DNA of 64,000 bases, taken from assembly GCA_963713045.1 (NCBI GenBank), contig CAVQKE010000007.1:288001-352000 (forward strand), in the 5' to 3' direction. A program made the position numbers and the translations under genes. Source of the DNA: an uncultured delta proteobacterium (lineage in GTDB: Bacteria; Myxococcota; Myxococcia; Myxococcales; Myxococcaceae). Numbering within the stretch: the stretch's first letter is position 1; each line of letters starts with the position of its first letter. Below the pieces are notes generated by a model. The model saw nothing but the letters and a program-made list of their open reading frames with translations, was not told the origin of the DNA and made no database searches. Below are positions 1-9,925 of the stretch, one piece after another.

Positions 1-391
1 GGTGCAGCTTGGCGGACCCGGAGGGGAAGAGCACCTTCTCGGCGAGTCGGACCGTCACCAGGCCGGAGAGCTCCATCACCTGGACTCTCCCCGCAGCAGA
101 GTCCGCAGCCAGCGCCGCGCTGATGGCTTGAAGGTCCGTGTTTTGTTGCGCCGTACGCTGCGCCTGCTGCTGGGCCGAGGCGTTGGCCTGCTGCAAAGCG
201 GCCACCTTGGCGTTGAGAGCGTCAATTTTGGCGTTGGCCGCCGCGAGCTGCGCAGCCTGGTCATCGGCCGTCTTCTTGTACTTCTCCGCGTCGGCCTGAG
301 CGGCCTTGTATTGCTCCTCAGAGACGCCGCCGCAGCCGGCCGCCAGGGCGACGCCCAGAGCCAAAGTGGCAAATGGAATGCTGTTCCGCAT
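1..391 (-). CDS. OmpA/MotB-family lipoprotein with N-terminal coiled coil (runs off the window start)
   Basis: Not in the ORF track. ATG at 391 after AAGGAAG RBS; translates MRNSIPFATLALGVALAAGCGGVSEEQYK... (lipobox LAAGC), an Ala/Gln coiled coil, then VTVRLAEKVLFPSGSAKL typical of the start of a MotB/OmpA C-terminal domain. Confidence 0.8.
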   Translation of the reverse strand, partial: MRNSIPFATLALGVALAAGCGGVSEEQYKAAQADAEKYKKTADDQAAQLAAANAKIDALNAKVAALQQANASAQQQAQRTAQQNTDLQAISAALAADSAAGRVQVMELSGLVTVRLAEKVLFPSGSAKLH

Positions 392-483
392 GGTTGACTT
401 CCTTCGTGTTGGGCAGTGAGTTTTTTCTTAGCGTCCGACGGCCTGCGAAGTCTTTGCGGAGGAGCGCCTCGGCGCAAACGGCC

Positions 484-3075
484 TCAGCGGCGAAAGCCAC
501 CACCACCACCGCCGCCGCCTCCACCGTGAAAGCCGCCCCACCCCCCGCCGCCGCTCGAGCCGCCGCTGTGGCTGTCCGAGCCACCCCAACCACCACCCCC
601 GCCGCCACTGTCGCTGTGGTCCCAGCTGTCTCCGCCGTAGGAGGAGCTGGCCGACTTCGCATCGCCCTGCTCTCGCGCTTGCGACGACGCCTGATAGGAG
701 GAGGCGCTGCTGCTGCTCGGCGGCTTGTACGAGGAGGACCCCGAGGTGGTGCTGCTGGGCGGCTTGTACGAGGAGGACCCCGAGGTGGTGCTGCTGGGCG
801 GCTTGTACGAGGAGGACCCCGAGGTGGTGCTGCTGGGCGGCTTGTAGGAGGAGGAGGACGAGGAGCTGCTTTCCGGCTTGTCCACGTCGCTCCAGGTGCC
901 GTTGGAATTCTGCTTTTGCGCCTGCCCCGTCTGCGAGTTGTAGTTGTAGACGTTGCCGTCGTGGTCGCCGTAGTAGTTGTCGCCGGACTCGGCGACGTGC
1001 GTTGTTTGGCCGCCCGGGCCGGTAGCCTCCGCATGGCCATAGGTGGCGGACTGGCCGTAGGGCGTCGTCACCGTCGTCTTGCTTCCGGCAGCGGCCACGC
1101 CGGTGTTGGGGTTGTAGGTGGCGCCACGGGTGTTGTAGGCGCTGTTCCCGGTGTACGTGTTGTGCACCTGGGTCGTTTGTCCGGCTGAGGCGCGCCCCGT
1201 CACCGAATTGTAGGAAGTGCCCGCCTTGCTGCTCCAGGCGTTCCCCGTCCACGCGTTGTAGCCGGCGGAGTCGTGGCTGACGACGGAGGTCGCTCCATAT
1301 TGGTGGTACATGTTGCCGCTGGTGGCGGCCCAGCCCCCCGGCCCCCAGGCGGCCGCGCCGCCATACGCGCCGTACGCGGCGCCGTGGTAGGCGTAGGGCA
1401 TCGCTCCCCAGTACGGCACGGGCGCATAACAGGCGTGGGCAACGCCCCACCCAACGGCGAAGCCCACGGCAAACCCTGTCCAGGGCGTGTAGGTCACGTT
1501 GGCCGCGTAGCCGTAGGTGACGGGCGGTGGGTACCAGAGGGTTGCACCGACGTAGGCGACGTAGGTGTAGCCAGTGCCGTACACCACCACGCCGTTGGGT
1601 TCGACCACCACGCCCATGTAGCCAGGGGTGTAGCCAACCACCACCGTGTCCGCCGTCGCGGCGTAAACCTGCACATAGGTGATGTAGAAGAGCGCTGCGC
1701 TTGGCGGAATGGTGTAGATGACGGCAGGCACGAAGGTGGCCACCGTCCACGGGCCATTGAGGCTGGGGGCGGTGAACCAGACGCCCATTTGAACGGCGTA
1801 CCACTGGTTCGGCCCCAGCGTGATGATGGCGTCCGGCGAGTTGAAGACGTAGCTAAGGGGCGTTCCTGGAATGGGCTGCAGAATCGGCGCTCCATTCACC
1901 ACCGGTTGGAAGCTGACTTTCGCCCGGTAGACGGTGGCCATCTGCGGGATGCCGGCGGCAATCGCTGCCTCTTGCGCCTCAGCCGTGCCCGGAACGGAGG
2001 CCAGGACGTTTTCCTTCGGACTGGTGACAGGAATCAGGCCGAAGTCCGGCGGGAGGGCCGTCCCAGGAACGAAGGACCACGGGCCACCGAGGCTGGGCGC
2101 CCGAAACCAGCGGCCGGTCACCAGCACGTAGAACTGCTGGTCGAGCAAGTCCTGGAAAACGTTGCCGTTGGTGTTCCCGACGTACAGCAGCTGTGTTCCC
2201 TCGAGGGGAACCCAATTCATCGGGCCCTCGGTGATGACAATCTCCGTGGGCCGCGTCGCGACCACCACACCTGGAGCTCCGCTGCCCAGCGAGGGCCGCT
2301 GCCCGGTCGTCTGACTGACCGGGCCCTCCATCAAATCCACCGCGTTCGCCTTGGCCAGCGTCTGCGCAACCTCGTACGAGCCGGGGGGCGGCGTATTGGA
2401 TACCGTCCACGGGCCGTTAAGAGACGGCGCCGTCATGAAGCCGTCCAGGACATGGACGTAGACGTTGCCGCCCGCTTGGAGGACCAGCGCCCGGGTGTTG
2501 AGGACGCGGGAAAAGGACGTCCCGGCGACCGGGCGCCAGATGGGGTCGCCGTGGATGAGCACCAGCACCATGGCGCCGGTCCCAAACACAATGCGGGGCG
2601 GCTCGTTCAGGACCGGAACAGTGCGCGCCTTGCGCTGGGCGCCCTCGATGGACACCGCCGCTTCCATGCGTCCCAAGGACATGGTGGCTGGCCCTTGGTT
2701 CATCAGGCTTTGGATGGCCTGCTGGTAGCTGGAGGCCATCTGCGGAGCCGAGGGGAAGGTGGCTTTGGCCACCACGATATTTTGGAAGTGCACCACCCGG
2801 GCCTGCTTGTCGACTTCGGTAAGGGCCGAAATCTCGATGACTCCAAACACCGGGTCCTTCGAGCCCGGCGACAGCACCGAAACGGCGGCGTGCGCCGTGT
2901 AGACGTAGTCATTCCAGCTGTCGAGCTGAGGTTGGTAGATGGTGTACTTCGTCCCGTTCAGCTCCGCGGACTTGGGCCAGGGGTCGGGCGTCACCTGGGA
3001 TGGAGGTGGCCCGGCAGGGGCCTGGGCGAGAGCAAGCGCCGGGAAGGCCAGGACGAAAAGAAGAAGTCGGACCAT
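484..3075 (-). CDS. Large secreted protein of unknown function with Tyr/Gly-rich middle and Ser/Gly-rich low-complexity tail
   Basis: Signal peptide MVRLLLFVLAFPALALAQ from ATG 3075; three repeats of a (W)F/MxAPSLxGPW motif; tail of YKPPSSTTSGSSS repeats ending GGGGGFRR. Confidence 0.75.
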   Translation of the reverse strand: MVRLLLFVLAFPALALAQAPAGPPPSQVTPDPWPKSAELNGTKYTIYQPQLDSWNDYVYTAHAAVSVLSPGSKDPVFGVIEISALTEVDKQARVVHFQNIVVAKATFPSAPQMASSYQQAIQSLMNQGPATMSLGRMEAAVSIEGAQRKARTVPVLNEPPRIVFGTGAMVLVLIHGDPIWRPVAGTSFSRVLNTRALVLQAGGNVYVHVLDGFMTAPSLNGPWTVSNTPPPGSYEVAQTLAKANAVDLMEGPVSQTTGQRPSLGSGAPGVVVATRPTEIVITEGPMNWVPLEGTQLLYVGNTNGNVFQDLLDQQFYVLVTGRWFRAPSLGGPWSFVPGTALPPDFGLIPVTSPKENVLASVPGTAEAQEAAIAAGIPQMATVYRAKVSFQPVVNGAPILQPIPGTPLSYVFNSPDAIITLGPNQWYAVQMGVWFTAPSLNGPWTVATFVPAVIYTIPPSAALFYITYVQVYAATADTVVVGYTPGYMGVVVEPNGVVVYGTGYTYVAYVGATLWYPPPVTYGYAANVTYTPWTGFAVGFAVGWGVAHACYAPVPYWGAMPYAYHGAAYGAYGGAAAWGPGGWAATSGNMYHQYGATSVVSHDSAGYNAWTGNAWSSKAGTSYNSVTGRASAGQTTQVHNTYTGNSAYNTRGATYNPNTGVAAAGSKTTVTTPYGQSATYGHAEATGPGGQTTHVAESGDNYYGDHDGNVYNYNSQTGQAQKQNSNGTWSDVDKPESSSSSSSSYKPPSSTTSGSSSYKPPSSTTSGSSSYKPPSSTTSGSSSYKPPSSSSASSYQASSQAREQGDAKSASSSYGGDSWDHSDSGGGGGGWGGSDSHSGGSSGGGGWGGFHGGGGGGGGGGFRR
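721..846. repeat. Perfect 39-bp tandem repeat (~3.2 copies), coding YKPPSSTTSGSSS on the minus strand
   Basis: Unit cggcttgtacgaggaggaccccgaggtggtgctgctggg starts at 721, 760 and 799, with a partial copy at 838. Confidence 0.95.
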
Positions 3076-3332
3076 GCCTGCTGCCCTCCCCTGGAGAGAC
3101 GTCAAACCAGCGCCGTGGGCGACCTCTCCCACGCTCGGCTTTGCCGCGCCGCGACGTCTAACCGAAAAAGGGGCGTCGCGCACGCCTCTGGGGCGGGCGT
3201 CGGGCAAGGGTTGCACCTCGGCGACAGCGAGATTCAACGTCAGGCGGTGGCGACGCGGCGCGAGGGATGCGTGATGCGCCAGCCGGCCCTCCGCTTCAAG
3301 CTCCAGAGGGCATGGACCCCTGAGGCCCGACC

Positions 3333-4610
3333 TCAGCCGCCCTTCCAGGTGAAGTTGAAGGCGAAGAATTGCAGGTAGGTGTTGGCGTAGCTGCCGGACA
3401 CGGTGCCGGCCAGCGGCCCACGACTCACGTCAACGCTGGGGCTGCCCCACCATTCGAATTCGTAGGCCAGGCCAAACGTCCAATTGCTGTTGGCCGCCCA
3501 TTTGCCTCCGAGGCCAAAACGCCACTGGTCGGCAACGGCCAGGGACAAACTCCGGTTGTCAGCATTTGTCATTGAGCTGTCGTAGGCAGCGCCGAAGTCC
3601 AGCTGCCACCTCTCGCTCAGCTGCACCTGGGCGCCCAAGGCCCCGTGCCAGGTGTTGGTGTAGCCGATGTTGGTGGTGATGGTGTGGCTGTTCTCGTTGG
3701 TCAGGCCAACTTCCACCGTCCCGAAAGCGGCCCAATTGTTCCAGCCGACGTCGGCCATCACCGCCCACTGCTCGGTGAGGGCTTGGAAGAAGCTCAGCAT
3801 CACCGTTTGCGGGACGGTCAGGCCGAGGTTGAGGTTGGCGGTGGCAAAGTTATTTCTGGCAACGATGGCGCTCAGCCCCGGCCCCAGGCCGTGGAAGGTG
3901 GGGACGGCGCCGAAGGCGAGATTGACTGGGGAGGTGTAGGTAATTCCCAGCCGGCTGCCCTTGGTGAATTCCCACAGCAGCCCGACGTCGGCCCCGAAGC
4001 CCCAGGCGTTGGTGGAAATGCCGAGGGCCCCGTCGGCGGCATTCGGTTCCAGGTTTTGAAGCGCGGTGGTGTCCTTGAGGATGCCAAACATGGCATTGAA
4101 GGTGACGCCCACCGAGAGTCCGCCGGCGATGTGCCAGGCGACACTGGGGAGGATGGAGAGCCCGAGCAGAGTGGTCTGGGTGGTGTAGTAGCGCCCCACC
4201 CAGTTGTCGTCCCATTTCTCGGCGGCGCCGAAGTTGGACACCACCCCAAAGCCAACCCGGAAGTCACTCCACGGGGCAAAGGTGGCGAAGAGGCTTCCGT
4301 TGGGAAGGACGCCGATGGCATTGCCCCCGTTGTTGCCGATGACGGTGGTGGCCGAATTGGGGGCGAAGGTGAGGCTGCCGTACACCAACTCGCCGGCGAC
4401 CTCCACCTGGATACCGTCCAGACGCGTCATCCCCGCCGGGTTGGTGAACAGCGTGCTCGGCGCATCGGCCCGCGCCGACCAGCCAGCCGAGGCATAGCCG
4501 ATGTCGGAGCTGCCAATTTCATAGAGGAAAATTCCTCCCGCCTGAGCCGTCCCGGCAAGCACCACGCCCAGCAGCACACCGTACGGCACCCCTCTGCTCG
4601 CTCTCCTCAC
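3333..4610 (-). CDS. FadL/OmpP1/TodX-family outer membrane transporter
   Basis: Signal peptide, AGGIFLYE N-terminus, NPAGM hatch motif, amphipathic beta strands, C-terminal FNFTW. Confidence 0.9.
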   Translation of the reverse strand: MRRASRGVPYGVLLGVVLAGTAQAGGIFLYEIGSSDIGYASAGWSARADAPSTLFTNPAGMTRLDGIQVEVAGELVYGSLTFAPNSATTVIGNNGGNAIGVLPNGSLFATFAPWSDFRVGFGVVSNFGAAEKWDDNWVGRYYTTQTTLLGLSILPSVAWHIAGGLSVGVTFNAMFGILKDTTALQNLEPNAADGALGISTNAWGFGADVGLLWEFTKGSRLGITYTSPVNLAFGAVPTFHGLGPGLSAIVARNNFATANLNLGLTVPQTVMLSFFQALTEQWAVMADVGWNNWAAFGTVEVGLTNENSHTITTNIGYTNTWHGALGAQVQLSERWQLDFGAAYDSSMTNADNRSLSLAVADQWRFGLGGKWAANSNWTFGLAYEFEWWGSPSVDVSRGPLAGTVSGSYANTYLQFFAFNFTWKGG

Positions 4611-4700
4611 TCGCCCTCCCCTTGCGACTGCGTGGCGCGACGGACACTAGGGGCCGCGTGGTGAGGGGTCAACGCCCAAACGCCCTGCCCAACGCCGGCA

Positions 4701-5921
4701 TTACAGGGGATGAAGGAAGAGTCCGGAGCGTAACTTTGGCTCGAACCAAGTGGACTTCGGCGGCATGACGTCGCCGGCGTCGGAGATGGCCATCAACTCC
4801 TCCAGGCTGGTGGGCCACAGCGCGAAGGCCACCCTGTCCTCCCCGCGGTCCACCCGCGCCGCCAGCTCGGCCGTCCCGCGAATGCCACCGACGAAGCCGA
4901 TGCGCGGGTCGCGGCGCGGGTCCTCAATCCCCAGGATGGGCCGCAAAAGGTTCTCCTGGAGAATGGCCACGTCCAGTGAGGCGGTGGGCGTCTTTCGCCA
5001 GCTGCCTGGCCGGGCACGCAGCCGCCACCAGCGCCCGCCCAAGTACATTCCAAAGGCATGCCGGCCCTCGGGCTCGGCGCGGTCGGCCGGCGTGACGTCG
5101 AAGCGCTCCTGCACCGAGGCGACAAACGTCTCCGCGTCCAGCCCTCCGAGGTCCCGCACCACGCGGTGGTAGGGAAGAATTTGCATTTGGTCGTGCGGGA
5201 AGGCGACGACCAGAAACCGTTCCGAATCCCCCCCAGGGCGGCCTTGGGCCCGACGCAGCTCCTGCACCCGCGCCGCCGCCGCCGAGCGGTGGTGCCCGTC
5301 CGCAATGTACAGCGTGCCGACGCCGGCCAGCGCCGAGGCCAGGCGTGCTGCGTTTTGCCCCACCGCCCGCCACAGCGTGTGGCGCACGCCGTCGTCGCTT
5401 TCAAAATCGACCTCGGGCTCGACCGCAGTCAACTCCTCCACCAGCGTGTCAAGGGTTGTCTGCGCCCGGTAGGTGAGGAAGACCGGCTCATCGTTGGCGT
5501 TGAGGGCGTCGATGTGCCGGGTTCGGTCGTCCTCTTTGTCCGCCCGGGTAAGTTCATGGCGTTTAATCTGCCCGTCGCGGTAGCCGTCCACCGCGGCACA
5601 GGCCACCACCCCCGTCTGCAGGTGCTCGCCCATCTTCTGCCGGTACAGACGAAAGCCGGCCGCTGCGTCCTGCAAAAGCCAGCCCTCGCTGCGGAAGTGG
5701 CGAAGGTTTTCAGCTGCACGGGCGTAGACGACGCTGTCGTGCTCGTCGATGTCCTCCGGGAAGTCCACCTCGGGCCGGCTGATGCGGAAGAAACTTTTCG
5801 GGTTTCCGGCCGCCAGCAGCCGCGCTTCCGCGCTGCTCACGACGTCATAGGGCGGCACGGACAGCGCGGGGGCAAGGGCCGCCGGCGGCGCGAGGGCTGA
5901 AAAGGGCGTGAGGAGCGACAT
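4701..5921 (-). CDS. DUF1015 family protein
   Basis: PPYDVVS, YIADGHHR and MPPKSTWFEPKLRSGL motifs. Confidence 0.92.
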   Translation of the reverse strand: MSLLTPFSALAPPAALAPALSVPPYDVVSSAEARLLAAGNPKSFFRISRPEVDFPEDIDEHDSVVYARAAENLRHFRSEGWLLQDAAAGFRLYRQKMGEHLQTGVVACAAVDGYRDGQIKRHELTRADKEDDRTRHIDALNANDEPVFLTYRAQTTLDTLVEELTAVEPEVDFESDDGVRHTLWRAVGQNAARLASALAGVGTLYIADGHHRSAAAARVQELRRAQGRPGGDSERFLVVAFPHDQMQILPYHRVVRDLGGLDAETFVASVQERFDVTPADRAEPEGRHAFGMYLGGRWWRLRARPGSWRKTPTASLDVAILQENLLRPILGIEDPRRDPRIGFVGGIRGTAELAARVDRGEDRVAFALWPTSLEELMAISDAGDVMPPKSTWFEPKLRSGLFLHPL

Positions 5922-6092
5922 CGCGGAGGGCTGGGTGGCGGCGCAGTATGGCCGGGCGGCGGCTGCCCTGTCCCCCGGCCGAGCCAACTCGACTGACCTT
6001 GTAAATTTAGGTCCTTGGGCTTTCTAACCCACCGCGTTGTCAGTGGAATCCTTGTAAATGCCGGAGGTGGTTGCTACAGGACTTGGCTTCGG

Positions 6093-7607
6093 ATGAATGA
6101 GAACGCCCTCAACGCGTCGGTGGGCGCCAAGCTGCGTGGGCTCCGGCTGAAGCGGGGCATCAAACAGACGGACGCTGCGCACGGCCTCGGCGTCTCCCCC
6201 GCCTACCTCAATCTCATTGAGAAGGGGAAGCGGGTGATGCCCTTCCCGTTGTTGTGGAAGGCGCTGCGCTATTTCGAGCAGGACCCGGAGCAATTCATGG
6301 GTTCCCTTGGCCAGGGGCCGGTGGATGAGACGTTGGCCAAGCTCCTCGACGAGCCGCTGCTCAGGTCGCTGGACATTGACTCGGCGTCCCTCGAGTCGCT
6401 CTCCGCCGAGCCGAAGCTGGCGGGCACGGTGGCGGCCCTCTTCAACCTCTACAAGAATACCCGGCACCAGCTGGAGAAGGTGTCAGCACAGATGACGTCG
6501 CCGCTGGCCGCCCCGGACGCCGCCCTGCGGTTGGACTATTCGCCTTTTGATGAGGTGAGCGACTTTCTCCAAGCCCGAAAGAATTGGTTCCCCGAGTTGG
6601 AGGAGCAGGCAGCGGCACTGGTGCGCGACTTCCGGCTGGAGCGCCAAGTGACTTCCAGCCAGCTGGCCGCTGCCCTCGGCGAGCGCTTCGGCTACAGCGT
6701 CCGCTATGAAGCCTCGGCCACGGGCAGCTCGGTGGTGCGGCGGATGGACCAGGCGGACAAAACGCTCATCCTCTCCCCTGCCCTGACGGAGCAGCCGCTG
6801 AAGTTTCAGCTGGCCGCGTCCATCGGCCTGATGACGCTCGACCAAAACCGTCTGTTGGAGAGCATTCTGGCCGGCGTGCAAATGCGCCATCCGGAGACGC
6901 CCAAGCTGATTAAGGTCAACCTGGCGAACTACTTCGCCGGCGCGCTGCTCCTCAACTACGAGGAATTCTTTCGTCAGGTGCAGAGGACGCGCTACGACGT
7001 CGAGCTACTCAGTCAGATTTTCGGCACCACCTACGAGACGGTGGCCCACCGGCTGTGCAACCTCTCGGACCCGAAGCGCCCGGGCGTGCCCTTCCACTTC
7101 TTAAGGGCCGATGTGGCCGGCAACATCTCCAAGCGCTACAGCGGCACCGGGTTGAAATTTGCCTCCGGCGGCGGCAGCTGCGGCAAGTGGGCCGTCCACC
7201 TCGCCTTCCTCAACCCCTCTCAAATTACCCGCCAATTCTCGATGATGCCGGACGGCACCACCTACTTCTGCTTCGCCAAGGTGCAGCTGCAGCCCATCAG
7301 CGGCTCCATCGTCCGGGGAACGGCCTACAGCATTGGGCTTGGGACCAACGCCGAGAATGCCCAATTCCTCGCCTACGGCCTGCCCACCACGGACCTCAAG
7401 CGTGACGCCGTCCCGTCCGGAATTACCTGCCGCTTCTGCGAGCGCACCGACTGCAACCAGCGCGCGGCGGCCAGCTACCGCTTCGCCTTCTCCTTCGACG
7501 AATACACCAAGAAGGACTGCTTCTTCTCCCCACTCCTCGTCCACGAGGCCGGCAAGGAGCCGCCTCGCAAGGCGCCGCGGCGCACCCCCGAGCCCGCCTC
7601 CAGCTGA
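6093..7607 (+). CDS. XRE-family regulator, short-chain fatty acyl-CoA regulator (RamB/PrpR/ScfR) type
   Basis: N-terminal HTH (LGVSPAYLNLIEKGKR), ANYFAGALL, RADVAGNISKR and C-terminal GITCRFCERTDCNQRA Cys motif. Confidence 0.88.
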   Translation: MNENALNASVGAKLRGLRLKRGIKQTDAAHGLGVSPAYLNLIEKGKRVMPFPLLWKALRYFEQDPEQFMGSLGQGPVDETLAKLLDEPLLRSLDIDSASLESLSAEPKLAGTVAALFNLYKNTRHQLEKVSAQMTSPLAAPDAALRLDYSPFDEVSDFLQARKNWFPELEEQAAALVRDFRLERQVTSSQLAAALGERFGYSVRYEASATGSSVVRRMDQADKTLILSPALTEQPLKFQLAASIGLMTLDQNRLLESILAGVQMRHPETPKLIKVNLANYFAGALLLNYEEFFRQVQRTRYDVELLSQIFGTTYETVAHRLCNLSDPKRPGVPFHFLRADVAGNISKRYSGTGLKFASGGGSCGKWAVHLAFLNPSQITRQFSMMPDGTTYFCFAKVQLQPISGSIVRGTAYSIGLGTNAENAQFLAYGLPTTDLKRDAVPSGITCRFCERTDCNQRAAASYRFAFSFDEYTKKDCFFSPLLVHEAGKEPPRKAPRRTPEPASS

Positions 7608-7625
7608 GCGCCTGGGGCCACCGCC

Positions 7626-9197
7626 ATGTCCTCCTCGCTCCCCCTGGTAAGTCTGGCGACGGCCAGCGCGCTGCGCCTCGAAGCGGACGTCCTCATCCTC
7701 CCGGTGTTGGAAAGCGACGGCAAAGCCGTGGCCGACGCGGCGATGGTGGACGTCGACCGCGCCCTGGGAGGCCACTTGCACCGGGCGGCGGCGGCCGACG
7801 GCTTCAAAGGCCGCACCGACCAACTCTTCCAATTCCACACCCAGGGACGCCTCCCCTCGGCACGGGTGGTGCTGGTGGGGCTGGGACCCAAGGAGCGCTG
7901 CACCAACGAGACCCTGCGCCAGGCCGCCGGGCGCGCGATGCGCACGGTGCTGCGGACCAGGGGGATGCAGGTGCTGCTGCAGGTGCCACCCACGGCGGAC
8001 GACGCGGCCGCGCTGCGCGCCGCCACCGAGGGGGCGTTGCTGGGGGCGTACCGCTTCGACCGCTACCGCAGCAATGGCGCCGAGGAGCGGGGCAGCCTGG
8101 CGGGTCTTCGCGTTGTCCTGCCCCCCGGCATCCGGCGCAGCGACGCGCTGGACCAGGCACTGCACTTGGCGGTGCAGGTGGCCGAGGCCACCAACCACGC
8201 CCGGGACTTGGTGAATGAGCCGGCGGCCCACCTCACCCCCGAGCGCTTGGCAGAAGAGGCCCGCCGGGTGGCAAAGGCCTCCGGCCTCAAAGTGCGGGTG
8301 GACGGCCCGGAGGAACTGGCCCGGCTGAAGATGGGGATGTTTCTCGCCGTGGGCCAGGGAAGCGCCAACGGACCGCGCCTGATTGAAGTCAGCTACCTGC
8401 CGAAGGGCCAAGCCGCCTCCGTCCGGCCGCTGGTGCTGGTGGGCAAAGCCATCACCTTTGACAGCGGCGGCCTGTCGCTGAAGACGGCCGACGGCATGGT
8501 GGAGATGAAGACGGACATGGCCGGCGCGGCCGCGCTCCTCGGGGTGATGGAGGTGGTGGCGGCGCTAAAGCCTCCCTTCCCGGTGGTGGCCCTTCTCGCC
8601 GCCGCCGAAAACATGCCGTCGGGGACGGCGTACCGGCCGGGGGACGTGCTGACCTCCCGGCTGGGCAAGACGGTGGAAGTCACCAACACCGACGCCGAGG
8701 GACGCCTCGTCTTGGGGGACGTGTTGGCGTACGCCGCCGAGCGCTCGCCCTCCGCCTTGGTTGACGTCGCCACTCTCACCGGCGCCTGCGTGGTCGCACT
8801 GGGTCAGCACGTGGTGGGCCTGTGGAGCACCGACGAGGCGCTGGCCGAGGAAGTCTTGCAGGCTAGCCGCCGGGCGGGCGAAGCGATGTGGAGAATGCCG
8901 CTGGTGGAGCTACAGAAGGAGAACCTCCGCTCGGAGATTGCCGACATGCGGAATTCCGGCGAGCGCCAGGGGGCCGCCATTGCCGCGGCGCTTTTCCTCC
9001 GCGAATTCGTCGGGGCAGTGCCCTGGGTGCACCTGGACATGGCCGGGCCGTCGGTCAGCACCAAGGAGCGCGGCTACTTCGTCAAGGGAGGCACCGGCGT
9101 CACCGTGCGCACCTTGGTGGAACTTATCCGCGCGCGCGGCCAGGCCGCCGCCGCGGCGGCGCAGGCGCGCCCCGCGCCCGGTAGCCGCCGGCCCTAG
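7626..9197 (+). CDS. pepA: Leucyl aminopeptidase (M17)
   Basis: GKAITFDSGG, MKTDMAGAA and NTDAEGRLVL motifs. Confidence 0.95.
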   Translation: MSSSLPLVSLATASALRLEADVLILPVLESDGKAVADAAMVDVDRALGGHLHRAAAADGFKGRTDQLFQFHTQGRLPSARVVLVGLGPKERCTNETLRQAAGRAMRTVLRTRGMQVLLQVPPTADDAAALRAATEGALLGAYRFDRYRSNGAEERGSLAGLRVVLPPGIRRSDALDQALHLAVQVAEATNHARDLVNEPAAHLTPERLAEEARRVAKASGLKVRVDGPEELARLKMGMFLAVGQGSANGPRLIEVSYLPKGQAASVRPLVLVGKAITFDSGGLSLKTADGMVEMKTDMAGAAALLGVMEVVAALKPPFPVVALLAAAENMPSGTAYRPGDVLTSRLGKTVEVTNTDAEGRLVLGDVLAYAAERSPSALVDVATLTGACVVALGQHVVGLWSTDEALAEEVLQASRRAGEAMWRMPLVELQKENLRSEIADMRNSGERQGAAIAAALFLREFVGAVPWVHLDMAGPSVSTKERGYFVKGGTGVTVRTLVELIRARGQAAAAAAQARPAPGSRRP

Positions 9198-9925
9198 CTT
9201 CGCTGGGCGAGGGCCGAAGCCACCGCCTCATGAAGCGCCTTGGCCACCGCCGGCGCCTCCGCGCTGGCGTGCAACGGACGGCCCACCACCAGCAAGTCCG
9301 CCCCGGCACGGATGGCCTCCTGCGGTGTCGCGGTGCGGGCTTGGTCGCCTGAGGCCGCCCCTTCTGGGCGAATGCCCGGAGTGCACAACAGAAGACGCGG
9401 GTAGCGCGCCCGCAGCGCGGGCACCTCCCGCGCCGAGCACACCAGCCCCCCCACCCCGGCCGAGGCCGCCACCTCCGCCAGCCGCGTGGCCATCAGCGCG
9501 GCGGTGGGGCCGAAGCCCAGCGCCGCCACGGCGCTGTCATCGAGAGAGGTGAGCGCCGTCACCGCCAGCACCACCGGCGCCGTGCGGCCGGCGGCGGCGG
9601 CCCCCAGCTGCACCCCCTGCACGGCGGCGCGCAGCATGGCGCTGCCCCCCGAGGCGTGCACGGTGAGGTAGGAGACGCCGAGGGCGGCGGCACGGGCAGC
9701 CGCCAACTCGACGGTGTTGGGGATGTCGTGCAGCTTGAGGTCCAGAAAGAGGCGCGCTCCCTGGCTGCGGAAGGGCTCCAGCGCCAGCGGGCCGTGCTCG
9801 ACGAAAAGGGACAGCCCCACCTTCACCACCCCCACCCAGGGCCGGAGGGTGGGGTACAGCGCGCCGGCCTCTTCCAGCGGCACGTCGGCCGCCCAGGCCA
9901 GGGCGTCCCGCGCCTCGAGGCTCAC
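9194..9925 (-). CDS. pyrF: Orotidine-5'-phosphate decarboxylase
   Basis: FLDLKLHDIPNTV, TPGIRP and VVGRP motifs. Confidence 0.96.
   Translation of the reverse strand: MSLEARDALAWAADVPLEEAGALYPTLRPWVGVVKVGLSLFVEHGPLALEPFRSQGARLFLDLKLHDIPNTVELAAARAAALGVSYLTVHASGGSAMLRAAVQGVQLGAAAAGRTAPVVLAVTALTSLDDSAVAALGFGPTAALMATRLAEVAASAGVGGLVCSAREVPALRARYPRLLLCTPGIRPEGAASGDQARTATPQEAIRAGADLLVVGRPLHASAEAPAVAKALHEAVASALAQRS

Noticed and set aside
392..483. Possible riboswitch upstream of the MotB/OmpA gene
   Set aside because: No consensus of a known riboswitch class could be matched by eye.
721..846. Regular repeat as a possible CRISPR array
   Set aside because: Units are contiguous with no unique spacers, are a multiple of 3 and encode a Ser-rich peptide; no cas genes in the window.
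1273..3378. Long antisense or alternative-frame ORFs (e.g. 1273-3378, 15452-17629, 23566-25260)
   Set aside because: Shadow ORFs expected in high-GC DNA, overlapping well-supported genes.
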